Positions 35,681-44,600 of a DNA stretch of 53,584 nucleotides are shown here, in pieces. Every line of letters starts with the position of its first letter. Position 1 is the stretch's first letter. The stretch is taken from contig JAGVFQ010000057.1 of assembly GCA_020057505.1 (NCBI GenBank), forward strand, positions 1-53,584, written 5' to 3'. The translations under genes and the position numbers were made by a program. The notes under the pieces were generated by a model, which did not search any database, had not been told where the DNA came from, and saw only the letters and a list, made by a program, of their open reading frames with translations. The stretch comes from Patescibacteria group bacterium (lineage in GTDB: Bacteria > Patescibacteriota > Patescibacteriia > JAGVFQ01).

Positions 35681-36400
35681 TTAAAATCTAATAATTGCCA
35701 AACAGCCGCGAATATTTTCTCGAGCGCGCGTAATTCCAATGTCAGACTGCCCCTCCTCTAGTCGTAGCTCACCATCGCCGCTATTGAAAAACAATCTCAT
35801 TGAATTATCGGTGATGACTTTGCGGACAAATTTTAATCCGTTGCCGCGCTTTTCAGGATCGCGCCCGGAAATGATTTCAGTAAAAGCCATCTCTAGCGCG
35901 TCAAGATGATTTTTGAGTTCGGGCCGGACGCGACTAAGCGTCCCCAAAACTCCCAACCCTCGGTCGGCCAAGACCACCAGCCGCTTATAAAGATCATAGC
36001 CAAAAAATATTCCCGGCGCATCAGGCCATTTACCTAAATTATGATCAAAAGAATTATTTCCAATCTCTCCCGCCACCGCCACGATAAGAGAAACTAATCT
36101 AGAAAACTGCGGCAACTGAAGCAAGTCGTTCTGCAATTTGATAAGCCTGGCTTGAAAAACCGCACTATTAGAGCAATAAAATTCGGCTGGCAGTTCTTGG
36201 CCTTTTCTCGTCCATTCACAGGCAAGCCCAATAAGATCGCTCGCAAAAACTTCTAAATCTTTTTTGGCATAATACCGATGAACACCGCCAGCTTTTCTAA
36301 TCGCGACTAACTTTTCGCTCTTATCCCAGCGGCGCAAGGTGTCAATAGAAACCTCTAAAAATTTAGCGGCTTCGCTTATACTTAATAACTTTTCTTCCAT
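35681..36400 (-). CDS. MerR-type HTH fused to a GHKL (RsbW/histidine-kinase-like) ATPase domain
   Basis: 239 aa. N-terminal LSISEAAKFLEVSIDTLRRWDK. GHKL N-box EIGNNSFDHN, G1 DRGLGV, G2 GNGLKFV. Confidence 0.6.
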   Translation of the reverse strand: MEEKLLSISEAAKFLEVSIDTLRRWDKSEKLVAIRKAGGVHRYYAKKDLEVFASDLIGLACEWTRKGQELPAEFYCSNSAVFQARLIKLQNDLLQLPQFSRLVSLIVAVAGEIGNNSFDHNLGKWPDAPGIFFGYDLYKRLVVLADRGLGVLGTLSRVRPELKNHLDALEMAFTEIISGRDPEKRGNGLKFVRKVITDNSMRLFFNSGDGELRLEEGQSDIGITRARENIRGCLAIIRF

Positions 36401-36453
36401 ATTAACTTCAGTATAGCATAGTTTATAAAACTAGGCAAGTCTTAGATAAAACT

Positions 36454-36987
36454 ATGCAAAATTATATCAAACTAGGGAAAAATAAGTTAAAACTATTTAA
36501 CAAAGTCCAGACCATGCTCAACGGAAACTTTATACCGAAGACGGAAAGCAAGGAATTCGCCTTCACTAAGCTTATCAGGTGCGGCTACTGCGGATCAGGC
36601 ATATCAGCCGATGAAAAATTCAAAAAACTCAAAGATGGTGGCACGAATCGCCACGTCTATTACTTTTGCACTAAAGCTAGAAATATCGATTGCAGCAATT
36701 CCCCTATCAATGAGCCAAGTCTGATTAATGAACTAGCTGAGTTGATGGACAAAGTAAATTTGGACGAACTTGAAGTGCGAGACCGAATTGAAAATGAGAT
36801 CGCGAGATTTAATAAGTTCAGAGCCGGCGTGCTGGGCTACAAGCAAGAAAAGAAAGCGATTGATATAGATGTGAGGAATTATGCCAAATACTTACTCAAA
36901 GAAGGAACCATTATGGAGAAACGAGAATTATTATCATGTCTTCAGAGTAAGTTATTCTTGAAAGATAGAAAGATTACACTGGAGTAA
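36454..36987 (+). pseudogene. C-terminal fragment of a large serine recombinase (zinc-ribbon plus coiled-coil only)
   Basis: 177 aa. FTKLIRCGYCGSGISADEKF...HVYYFC is the recombinase zinc beta-ribbon. The resolvase catalytic domain and the recombinase domain are missing. Confidence 0.65.
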
Positions 36988-36990
36988 AAA

Positions 36991-37013
36991 AATCGCCGAG
37001 AAGATCGGCGATT
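36991..37013. terminator. bidirectional hairpin terminator
   Basis: AATCGCCGA-gaaga-TCGGCGATT flanked by an A-run and T residues. Confidence 0.65.
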
Positions 37014-37062
37014 TAGTGATGTGAATATAATTTTTAATTTTACGGGTTAGTTTTTTAAGTAA

Positions 37063-37362
37063 CTAATCGCCAATCAATCTTATATAGGTATGTTGTTCGA
37101 TTTGCTTCATAAATTCAATTATATCTTTTATTTCCGATTCTAGACTCTTGTTTAGCCTAGCAAGTTCTTCTAACTCATTTATAACGTGAGGAACCTGATA
37201 AAGATTGAACATTGTCAAACCATAAGGATCAATACTCCAAAGCCATGGAAATTTTTCTTTGCTATCGTTTGGTAATTCCTTAATAATTTCAGCTAAATTA
37301 ATTTCTATTTTTCTTATCAATCCCCCGCCCTCTCCCTCCAATCGAATTCCGATGTGTTGCAT
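37063..37362 (-). CDS. putative immunity protein for orphan toxin 4
   Basis: 99-aa ORF 26 nt downstream of the orphan Rhs-CT. Assigned by position only. Confidence 0.45.
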   Translation of the reverse strand: MQHIGIRLEGEGGGLIRKIEINLAEIIKELPNDSKEKFPWLWSIDPYGLTMFNLYQVPHVINELEELARLNKSLESEIKDIIEFMKQIEQHTYIRLIGD

Positions 37363-37388
37363 ATTGTTTTTAAATTAAATAATTATTT

Positions 37389-38765
37389 TCATGGAAATGT
37401 AGTAACTAAATCTCCTAACTTATTAGTTACAACTGTATAAATCGAAGTAAAAGATTGGGAATTTCGATCCCAACCAATTGCCTTACCAGCATCAATAGTC
37501 CTAATAAAATTTCCATTACTTTGTAAGGTCGTTGCCGCATTTTTAGCCTGCTCAAGCAAATTTGGTATATCTTTAAAATTCATAAAGAAACTCTTATTTT
37601 CTTGTAGAGTTATAGAACTATCCAAGGAATGGTACTTCTGAATGTGCAACATCCCTTTTGAAGTTATATTTATTATAGAATTTGCAGCTTTCTGAATTTT
37701 ATCTTCCTGAGTTGCAGCCACTGTACCTCCGGCAGTCGTTACGGTCGCAGCTGCACCGCCGCACAATATTCCACAAGTAATACTTCCGCCAGCTGCTACA
37801 ACGCCTCCAGCTACAAGCGCTCCTCCGACTACGCCCATTACCGCTCCAGTCTGGTATGGATGATCCATAGCATATCGAGCAACAGAGTTATTGTCATACA
37901 AATTATTAGCCCAATTACCAAGTTTAATCGTATTTCTTTCACTAATAATATATTCCACCCATTCACCATTAGAATCAATAGCTATCAGCGGATTATTCTT
38001 CACATAGCTATAGCTGTTTAAATTTTGCGGATCAGATAAATATTGCTGTAATTCTTGGTCGGTAATCTGCTTTATCTTATTTTTATCCCCCACCGCCAAA
38101 TACGCCGGATCCTCACTCACAAACCTGCCAATTTTCCCATTGTAATATCTCGCCCCGTAATAGTACAAATTCGTTTCCTCATCCAATTCCTTGCCAGTAT
38201 ATTTGTGGTTAGCTTCGTAGCTAGAAGTCTTCTCATCCAACCTCACCGAACCAAAAGGATAATAATCCAAGGATTCAACAATCTGTCCGGTTGTATTGGT
38301 TTCGATCGAGGAACTGCCGAGTTGATCAGAATGGTTGTAATAGATAGTACCATTTTTAATCGTGGCAATATTCGTATCGCCAAGATAGATGCGATCGCGG
38401 AAAATACCATTTTCTTTCTCGGTATATTGATTGGGATAATATGTTTTAATGGTTGAGCTAGCAGCGACTGCCTTTAAAATCCTCTGACCATTTTCATCGT
38501 AGGTATAATTCACTGACTTGCCTGTTTTAATCGATCTCAAAAGCTGATTCTTGTAATTCCAGGAATAATTAAAAATACTATCCGAAATTAGATTGCCTGA
38601 ATTGTCATAGCCAAAAACTTGCGCGCCAGCTTTAGTCACCGCATCAGGGTTGGCGTAAGTCGCGGCCCAAGTGAGAGAGCTGCTGCCATCATAAATATAT
38701 TTACCCACGTCAGATTTGTTTAAGATATTACCAAGAGCGTCGTAGGAATATGATTTCACTATCAA
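37389..38765 (-). CDS. orphan Rhs fragment: ~270 aa of C-terminal core plus unrelated toxin tip (CT4)
   Basis: Nearly collinear with aa ~1510-1780 of the full-length protein (SYDALGNILNKSDVGKY ... LYYYGARYYNGKIGRFVS ... NNPLIAIDSNGEW), then divergent. Starts with TTG 2 nt after the upstream stop, and there is no ATG. Confidence 0.85.
   Translation of the reverse strand: MIVKSYSYDALGNILNKSDVGKYIYDGSSSLTWAATYANPDAVTKAGAQVFGYDNSGNLISDSIFNYSWNYKNQLLRSIKTGKSVNYTYDENGQRILKAVAASSTIKTYYPNQYTEKENGIFRDRIYLGDTNIATIKNGTIYYNHSDQLGSSSIETNTTGQIVESLDYYPFGSVRLDEKTSSYEANHKYTGKELDEETNLYYYGARYYNGKIGRFVSEDPAYLAVGDKNKIKQITDQELQQYLSDPQNLNSYSYVKNNPLIAIDSNGEWVEYIISERNTIKLGNWANNLYDNNSVARYAMDHPYQTGAVMGVVGGALVAGGVVAAGGSITCGILCGGAAATVTTAGGTVAATQEDKIQKAANSIINITSKGMLHIQKYHSLDSSITLQENKSFFMNFKDIPNLLEQAKNAATTLQSNGNFIRTIDAGKAIGWDRNSQSFTSIYTVVTNKLGDLVTTFP
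38094..38335 (-). repeat. Rhs core-end homology block, copy in orphan 4
   Basis: Near-identical DNA to 42331-42570, 39811-40055 and 41158-41340. Homology to the main gene continues up to about 38750. Confidence 0.85.
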
Positions 38766-38767
38766 AA

Positions 38768-39136
38768 TTAAATATATTTTTCTGCTTCATTAAACGCCCA
38801 TAAGGCCTTACCTTTTAAAAGTTGCCGCGAAACTTCTATTGCCTTATATGACTCAGCCAAGGTTTCAAATATATCTATAATTATAAGATCTGTGGTATCT
38901 TTATCGTTTTTTTGTTCATTAAATTGTTCATTAAGGAATAAATAAAATTTTTGAATTACTTTATCATTGATTGGATAATTTTCAACTCTTTCTTTTAAAA
39001 ATCGGCCAAAAACACCCAACAACATTTTTTTTTCACTAACATCTGTAATATCAAACACGTTATAGTCCCCGTATTGCTTAAATTCTGGTATCAGCTTAAC
39101 TATTTCATCAATAATATTATCTAAAGTTATTTTCAT
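38768..39136 (-). CDS. putative immunity protein for orphan toxin 3
   Basis: 122 aa. Its start overlaps the stop of the upstream toxin ORF by 4 nt. Confidence 0.5.
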   Translation of the reverse strand: MKITLDNIIDEIVKLIPEFKQYGDYNVFDITDVSEKKMLLGVFGRFLKERVENYPINDKVIQKFYLFLNEQFNEQKNDKDTTDLIIIDIFETLAESYKAIEVSRQLLKGKALWAFNEAEKYI

Positions 39137-40176
39137 TTAATAGCACCTCCCTTCAAAGCATCTTTAATACTATCTGCCAACCATTCAGCTTTTTGTCTGT
39201 CATTATTAGACAAACTATTTTTCAATAATTTGTTTAAACCATTAGAAATTTCTTTAATTTTTATTGCATGATCAGTTCCACCAACTAATTCACCAGTTTT
39301 TGCTGTATACTTAAATGCATCTATAGCTCCACCATCACCAATAATATTTCCAGATTTATGTTGTTTAAAAAGATCCTTTATATAATTAATCAATTTGGGA
39401 TTCTCAACTCCTTGCAATAAATTATCTCTTCTAGTTCCTAATAATTTCGATGCCGATGCTCCAACGCCTTTTGTTAATTTTTCTGCATCACCTGCCTTAT
39501 CAGCAACTCTTGCAACTCTCGCCACAGCGCCCAATCCGACTACGCCGGGGATAGCCGCGCTTCCAACATCTAGACCCAGACTAGCTGCTTCGCCTTTTGT
39601 GTCTCCTCCAGTAAAAATAGATTGCCCTAATTTGTATAAATCATATCCAATAAATCCCGCATCTACAACAATATCAAACCACTTTCCTTTTTCATCGACA
39701 TATTTTAGCGGATTATTAATCGTATATGAATACGAATTAAGGTTTTGGGAATTTTGGAGATATTTATCTAATCTTAATCCTGTTTCTTCTTCAAGTCTTT
39801 TATTATCCCCCACCGCCAAATACGCCGGATCCTCGCTCACAAACCTTCCAATCTTTCCATTGTAGTATCTCGCTCCATAATAATACAAATTCGTTTCCTC
39901 ATCCAATTCCTTACTGGTATATTTATGATTATCCTCATAACTTGAAGTCTTCTCATCCAATCTCACTGATCCAAAGGGATAATAATCCAAGGACTCAACA
40001 ATCTGCCCGGCTGCGTTGGTTTCAATTGAGGAACTGCCGAGCTGATCAGCGTGGTTGAATATAGTACTATTTATACTGTTAATAGCGAAGACAGAAGAAA
40101 AAGGAGAAAATAAAAATAATAAAAACAGTAATAGAGCTACTGCTTTTATGAAAAAGGTTTTAGTGGGCAGAATCAT
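39133..40176 (-). CDS. orphan Rhs core-end plus toxin tip (CT3) with its own ATG and signal-peptide-like N-terminus
   Basis: MILPTKTFFIKAVALLLFLLFLFSPFSSVFA is joined directly to HADQLGSSSIETNAAGQIVESLDYYPFG ... NNPLKYVDEKGKW, followed by a unique 190-aa tip. Confidence 0.8.
   Translation of the reverse strand: MILPTKTFFIKAVALLLFLLFLFSPFSSVFAINSINSTIFNHADQLGSSSIETNAAGQIVESLDYYPFGSVRLDEKTSSYEDNHKYTSKELDEETNLYYYGARYYNGKIGRFVSEDPAYLAVGDNKRLEEETGLRLDKYLQNSQNLNSYSYTINNPLKYVDEKGKWFDIVVDAGFIGYDLYKLGQSIFTGGDTKGEAASLGLDVGSAAIPGVVGLGAVARVARVADKAGDAEKLTKGVGASASKLLGTRRDNLLQGVENPKLINYIKDLFKQHKSGNIIGDGGAIDAFKYTAKTGELVGGTDHAIKIKEISNGLNKLLKNSLSNNDRQKAEWLADSIKDALKGGAIK
39811..40055 (-). repeat. Rhs core-end homology block, copy in orphan 3
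   Basis: See 38094-38335. Confidence 0.85.
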
Positions 40177-40186
40177 TTTACAACAG

Positions 40187-40462
40187 TTAACGATATTCTT
40201 CGGGAATATTTTTAAGTTGCTCTTCTAGAGACCAATTTTCGGTTTTATATTCTGGGTCATGCCACTTAGCTCCTGATTCTATCCATTTTTTACGCCAACT
40301 TTTAACACCTTCTAATGTTGCGTCGCCATACCCAAATTCAACTCCGCAACAAAAACAAAAATCATAGGTTGGCGATTCTCCATCTTCTCCCCATGGAAAA
40401 TACTCTTCTGAATATAATCCACATACTCTACAAATTTTTAATTTATTTTTTGAGTTGTTCAT
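40187..40462 (-). CDS. putative immunity protein for orphan toxin 2 (Cys-rich, CPCC-like)
   Basis: 91 aa. CRVCG ... CFCCGVEFGYGD. Overlaps the toxin ORF's 3' end by 20 nt. Confidence 0.5.
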   Translation of the reverse strand: MNNSKNKLKICRVCGLYSEEYFPWGEDGESPTYDFCFCCGVEFGYGDATLEGVKSWRKKWIESGAKWHDPEYKTENWSLEEQLKNIPEEYR

Positions 40463-41306
40463 AATAATATTCTAAATTAGTTTTATAACCATGTATAGAT
40501 GGATCCGGTTTGAACATTGTTTTAGGAACTTCATTTTTATCCATTATACCTAATATGTTATTTTTTACATCATAGATTAGCTTATCACCATTTTTCCTAA
40601 AACCACTTAACACATCTGCGGAATAATTTTTAAAGAAATTATAGGTGCCTTCAACATATTCTTTAGCGTTTCTAAACTGAGAAAAATCACTTTTATGATT
40701 ATTCCAATGCTCGAAAGCATTTTTAATTGAATCCCCATACCGCCCTAAACTCCATATTGGTTTGGAAGCATCCCTAACCGAATCTCCAATTTTAACTATT
40801 TTCCCTGCTGGTGGTATTTCACCCGCGGTAACTACTCCGATTGCCGCCATGCCATAATTATTATTTTGCGCGTCTTGTCCGGCTTGCACTAAGCTATACT
40901 GTCCGATAGGGGTAGTAAGAGACTGAAAGAAGGAATTAATTTGTGGGGTATATATTGCAAAGGTTATAAATACTACAGCTGCTACTGCTTGCAGAAAATT
41001 CCCATCGGGATCGCGGTATAATAATGGGTTATTTCTTGCGTATATATAATAATTCAATAATTGTGGATCAAGTAATAACTGTCGTAATTCAAGTTTAGTC
41101 AACTCTCTAAGTTTGGTACTATCCCCTATCGCAAGAGATGTTGGATCTTGTGATATAAACCTGCCAATCTTCCCATTGTAATATCTCGCTCCATAATAAT
41201 ACAAATTCGTTTCCTCATCTAATTCCTTACCCGTATACTTATGGTTATCCTCATAACCTGAAGTCTTCTCATCCAATCTCACTGATCCAAAGGGATAATA
41301 ATCCAA
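40443..41306 (-). CDS. orphan Rhs core-end plus toxin tip (CT2)
   Basis: DYYPFGSVRLDEKTSGYEDNHKYTGKELDEETNLYYYGARYYNGKIGRFIS ... NNPLLYRDPDGNF. Has a TTG start. Homology to the main gene extends upstream to the stop of the preceding immunity ORF (41338-41340). Confidence 0.8.
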   Translation of the reverse strand: MDYYPFGSVRLDEKTSGYEDNHKYTGKELDEETNLYYYGARYYNGKIGRFISQDPTSLAIGDSTKLRELTKLELRQLLLDPQLLNYYIYARNNPLLYRDPDGNFLQAVAAVVFITFAIYTPQINSFFQSLTTPIGQYSLVQAGQDAQNNNYGMAAIGVVTAGEIPPAGKIVKIGDSVRDASKPIWSLGRYGDSIKNAFEHWNNHKSDFSQFRNAKEYVEGTYNFFKNYSADVLSGFRKNGDKLIYDVKNNILGIMDKNEVPKTMFKPDPSIHGYKTNLEYYYEQLKK

Positions 41307-41340
41307 AGATTCGACGATCTGCCCGGTCGCGTTGGTTTCA
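41158..41340 (-). repeat. Rhs core-end homology block, copy in orphan 2
   Basis: See 38094-38335. Confidence 0.85.
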
Positions 41341-41658
41341 ATTATGAAACTTTTCTAGTCTATCTATTAATAATTTTACATCTTCTCTATCAATATTATC
41401 ATACAAAGCCTCTAAATCTATATTCTCGAAATAAAGCAATTCCAGGGCGTTAATAATAATTCCTAAATCATTTAGATCGATCTCTCGATTATTTTTTTCC
41501 AATTTATCATCAACATTTTTATACTCTAGAGAAGAGTATAATATTTTAATTTTATCTGGCCTATATGGATAACCCCAAGCATCGATTAGGCTTCTTCTAA
41601 TAATATAACTTTCATCTTTTGACAATCCCTTAATATAATCATCTTTCAATTCAATCAT
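41338..41658 (-). CDS. putative cognate immunity protein of the full-length Rhs toxin
   Basis: 106 aa. Its start overlaps the rhs stop by 4 nt. Confidence 0.55.
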   Translation of the reverse strand: MIELKDDYIKGLSKDESYIIRRSLIDAWGYPYRPDKIKILYSSLEYKNVDDKLEKNNREIDLNDLGIIINALELLYFENIDLEALYDNIDREDVKLLIDRLEKFHN

Positions 41659-44600
41659 TTTAATACACCCCCTCTCTCAATATCCTTTTTTATTGATTCA
41701 TCTAAATAATTTATGCCTTTATCTGGCTGAAATATTGTTGGTTGTTTTGGATTATCAATAAATAAATCATTGGTTTTTGAGTTATAGTAATATGTTTTAG
41801 AAACTTTTCCGCCAATTTCAATTTTTATATCCGCATTAACTCTAGTTTGTTTTACTAAATCTTCGAGTTGAGATTTTGATAAATTAGGATAATGTTTTTG
41901 AGCATGTTCAACTGCTCTTAAATCATTATTTTTATTAAATTTAGTCTTCGACATCAGCATTTCCCCCGTCGACATCGTCGCGCCAGCTACTCCAGCCTCA
42001 ATCCCCATCACCCCAACCGCTAAATCATTCATATCATTGCCGGTTTTGTAATCGCCTTTTGAATATGAATAAACTGATCCGCCCATTAATGGTGCGCTAA
42101 TAGCCAGAGTTGCGGCTGCAGAAAAAGTAACCACGGCCGGCACCCACACTGGCGCATAAACCGCGACATAAACAGCAATTGGAATTAAAAAAGCAAAATT
42201 ACCAGTCTTGTCTATATAGATTAATGGATTGTTCGTGGCGTACGAATAACTATTTTGCGCCTGAGGATTTGAAAGATAGGTTTTTAAATCCAAACCAGTC
42301 TTGCTCTTTAATTGGCCTGCATTTCCTACCGCCGAATACGCCGGATCAACACTCACAAACCTGCCAATCTTCCCATTGTAATACCTCGCCCCGTAATAAT
42401 ACAAATTCGTCTCTTCATCCAATTCCTTGCCCGTGTATTTGTGGTTATCTTCGTAAGTTGAAGTCTTCTCGTCTAATCTCACTGATCCAAAAGGATAATA
42501 ATCCAAAGATTCGACAATCTGTCCGGCTGCGTTGGTTTCAATTGAGGAACTGCCAAGCTGATCGGAATGGCTGTAATAGATGACATTGTTTTTAATCGTG
42601 GCAATATTTGTATCGCCAAGATAGATTCGATCGCGGGAAATACCATTTTCTTTTTCGGTATATTGATTGGGATAATACGTTTTAATAGTTGAACCAACAG
42701 TGACTGATTTTAAAATCCTCTGACCATTTTCATCATAAGCGTAGCTCACTGCCTTACCTATTTTATTTGAACTCAAAAGCTCGTTCTTGTAATTCCAAGA
42801 GTAATTAAAGATACCATCTGAAATTAGATTGCCCGAATTGTCATAGCCAAAGACTTGCGCGCCAGCTTTAGTCACTGCATCAGGATTGGTATAAGTTGCA
42901 GCCCAAGTCGCCGAGCTGCTGCCGTCATAAACATATTTACCCACGTCGGACTTGTTTAAAATATTACCCAAAGCATCGTAACTGTAGGCTTGCGTGTAGT
43001 TTTTGCCGTTCGCCGCAAAGGTGATAGTCGCCTTAGTCAAACGATAAAGATCATCGTAAGTATAATCTGCTTCTTTGGCGAGATTCCCGGCCGACTTGTC
43101 GGAGATATGCGTGACATTGCCGACAGCGTCATAAGTATAGGTAAGATCTTGAATTTTTACGCTGTTTGCTCCAGTAGATTTGTTAATGAGTCGATACATC
43201 TGATTGCGGTCATAAATATTCGTGGTAATGGCGCCATTCCCCATTTCAATCCTCTTGATTTGGCCATTGACCTCATAATCAACTGACTTCAAAATATCAA
43301 CGTTGGTAACCGGGTTCGCAATCTTTTCAATCTGGCCGGCATTATTCAAAACATATTTGATTTGGGAATTATCGGGATATTTGATTGAAACTAGATTATT
43401 TAAGCTGTCGTAGGAATAGGTTGTGGTGAAAGTCTGGCCGTAGCTTAAAGGACTGGACACGGACTTATCAGTCTTGAAGACTTCTTTTAACTTTCGGCCG
43501 GCGATGTCATAGGTATAGTTCTTTTCATAGGTGGAGTTTGAAGCCTTAGTTAATCGCCCGATGCCATTAATACCGGCATCATAAACATAGGTCAGTTGTC
43601 TAGTTAAAGTATTATCCGCGTTCACAATATTCTCTGAAGTCAGCCGATCGAGAACATCGTAAGTGTATCTGACTTTGAGACCGCGAGGATCAATTGTCTG
43701 TGTTAGATTATTATTCTTGTCGTAGCTCTTAGTTCCGACGCCGAAAGTCAGATCCGCTGGATTGTGCAGATCCTCTTCTCTGGTTTTCCGACCGAGGAGA
43801 TCGTAAGAGAACTTGCGGATATTGCCTCGGGCATCAGTAATCTTAGTGAGATAGTTTAATTGGTTGTAAATATATGCTGTGTTTTTCGCCACGCCAGCCA
43901 AGAATTCCGTCACTTTGATGAGATTGTTTCTCGCATCGAAGTAGAAAATCTTTTGTTTGGCATTGGGATCAGTGATCGTCTTATTCCACTGATCATAACT
44001 AAAGCTTGTGCTGCCTAAACTATTTGATATTTTGGTCACGCGTCCGAGCGCATCATAAGCATAAGTATTATTAGGGTCATTTTGATCAATTGATTCAAAA
44101 TCAAGCGTTAAAGAAAACTCGGGCAGGAATTCTTTAGCTAAAAATCCACGCTCATTGTAGCTTAGATTGTTGGCGACAAAGAGTCCATTCTCGGCTTTGG
44201 CTTTAGTTTGAATCGTTCGACCCAGACCGTCAACATATGTTTTCTTGGTGATTTCAATCAACTGACCGTTGTTGTCATTTTGATTAGGGTAAAATTTTTC
44301 CGTAACGCTCGTAGGAAAATTAATATCATTGTATTCATATCTTTTGGTTTCAATCAATTGGGCAGTATTGCTTGGATTGGTGATTAATTCTTTAACCGGC
44401 CGATTGAGAGCATCATAGACTTTTTGAGTTTTAAAATTGTTGGGATCAATTATCTCTATTGGTTCGCCCGTGAAGTAATCGTAAGTAGAAGTTGTGATTT
44501 GATTTTTAGGGTTCACGATTTGGGCGGGATAGAGATTGTAGGCATCGTAGCTAACGCTCGTTTTAAACCCGCGCGGATTGGTAGAGCTTATGGGCAAGCC

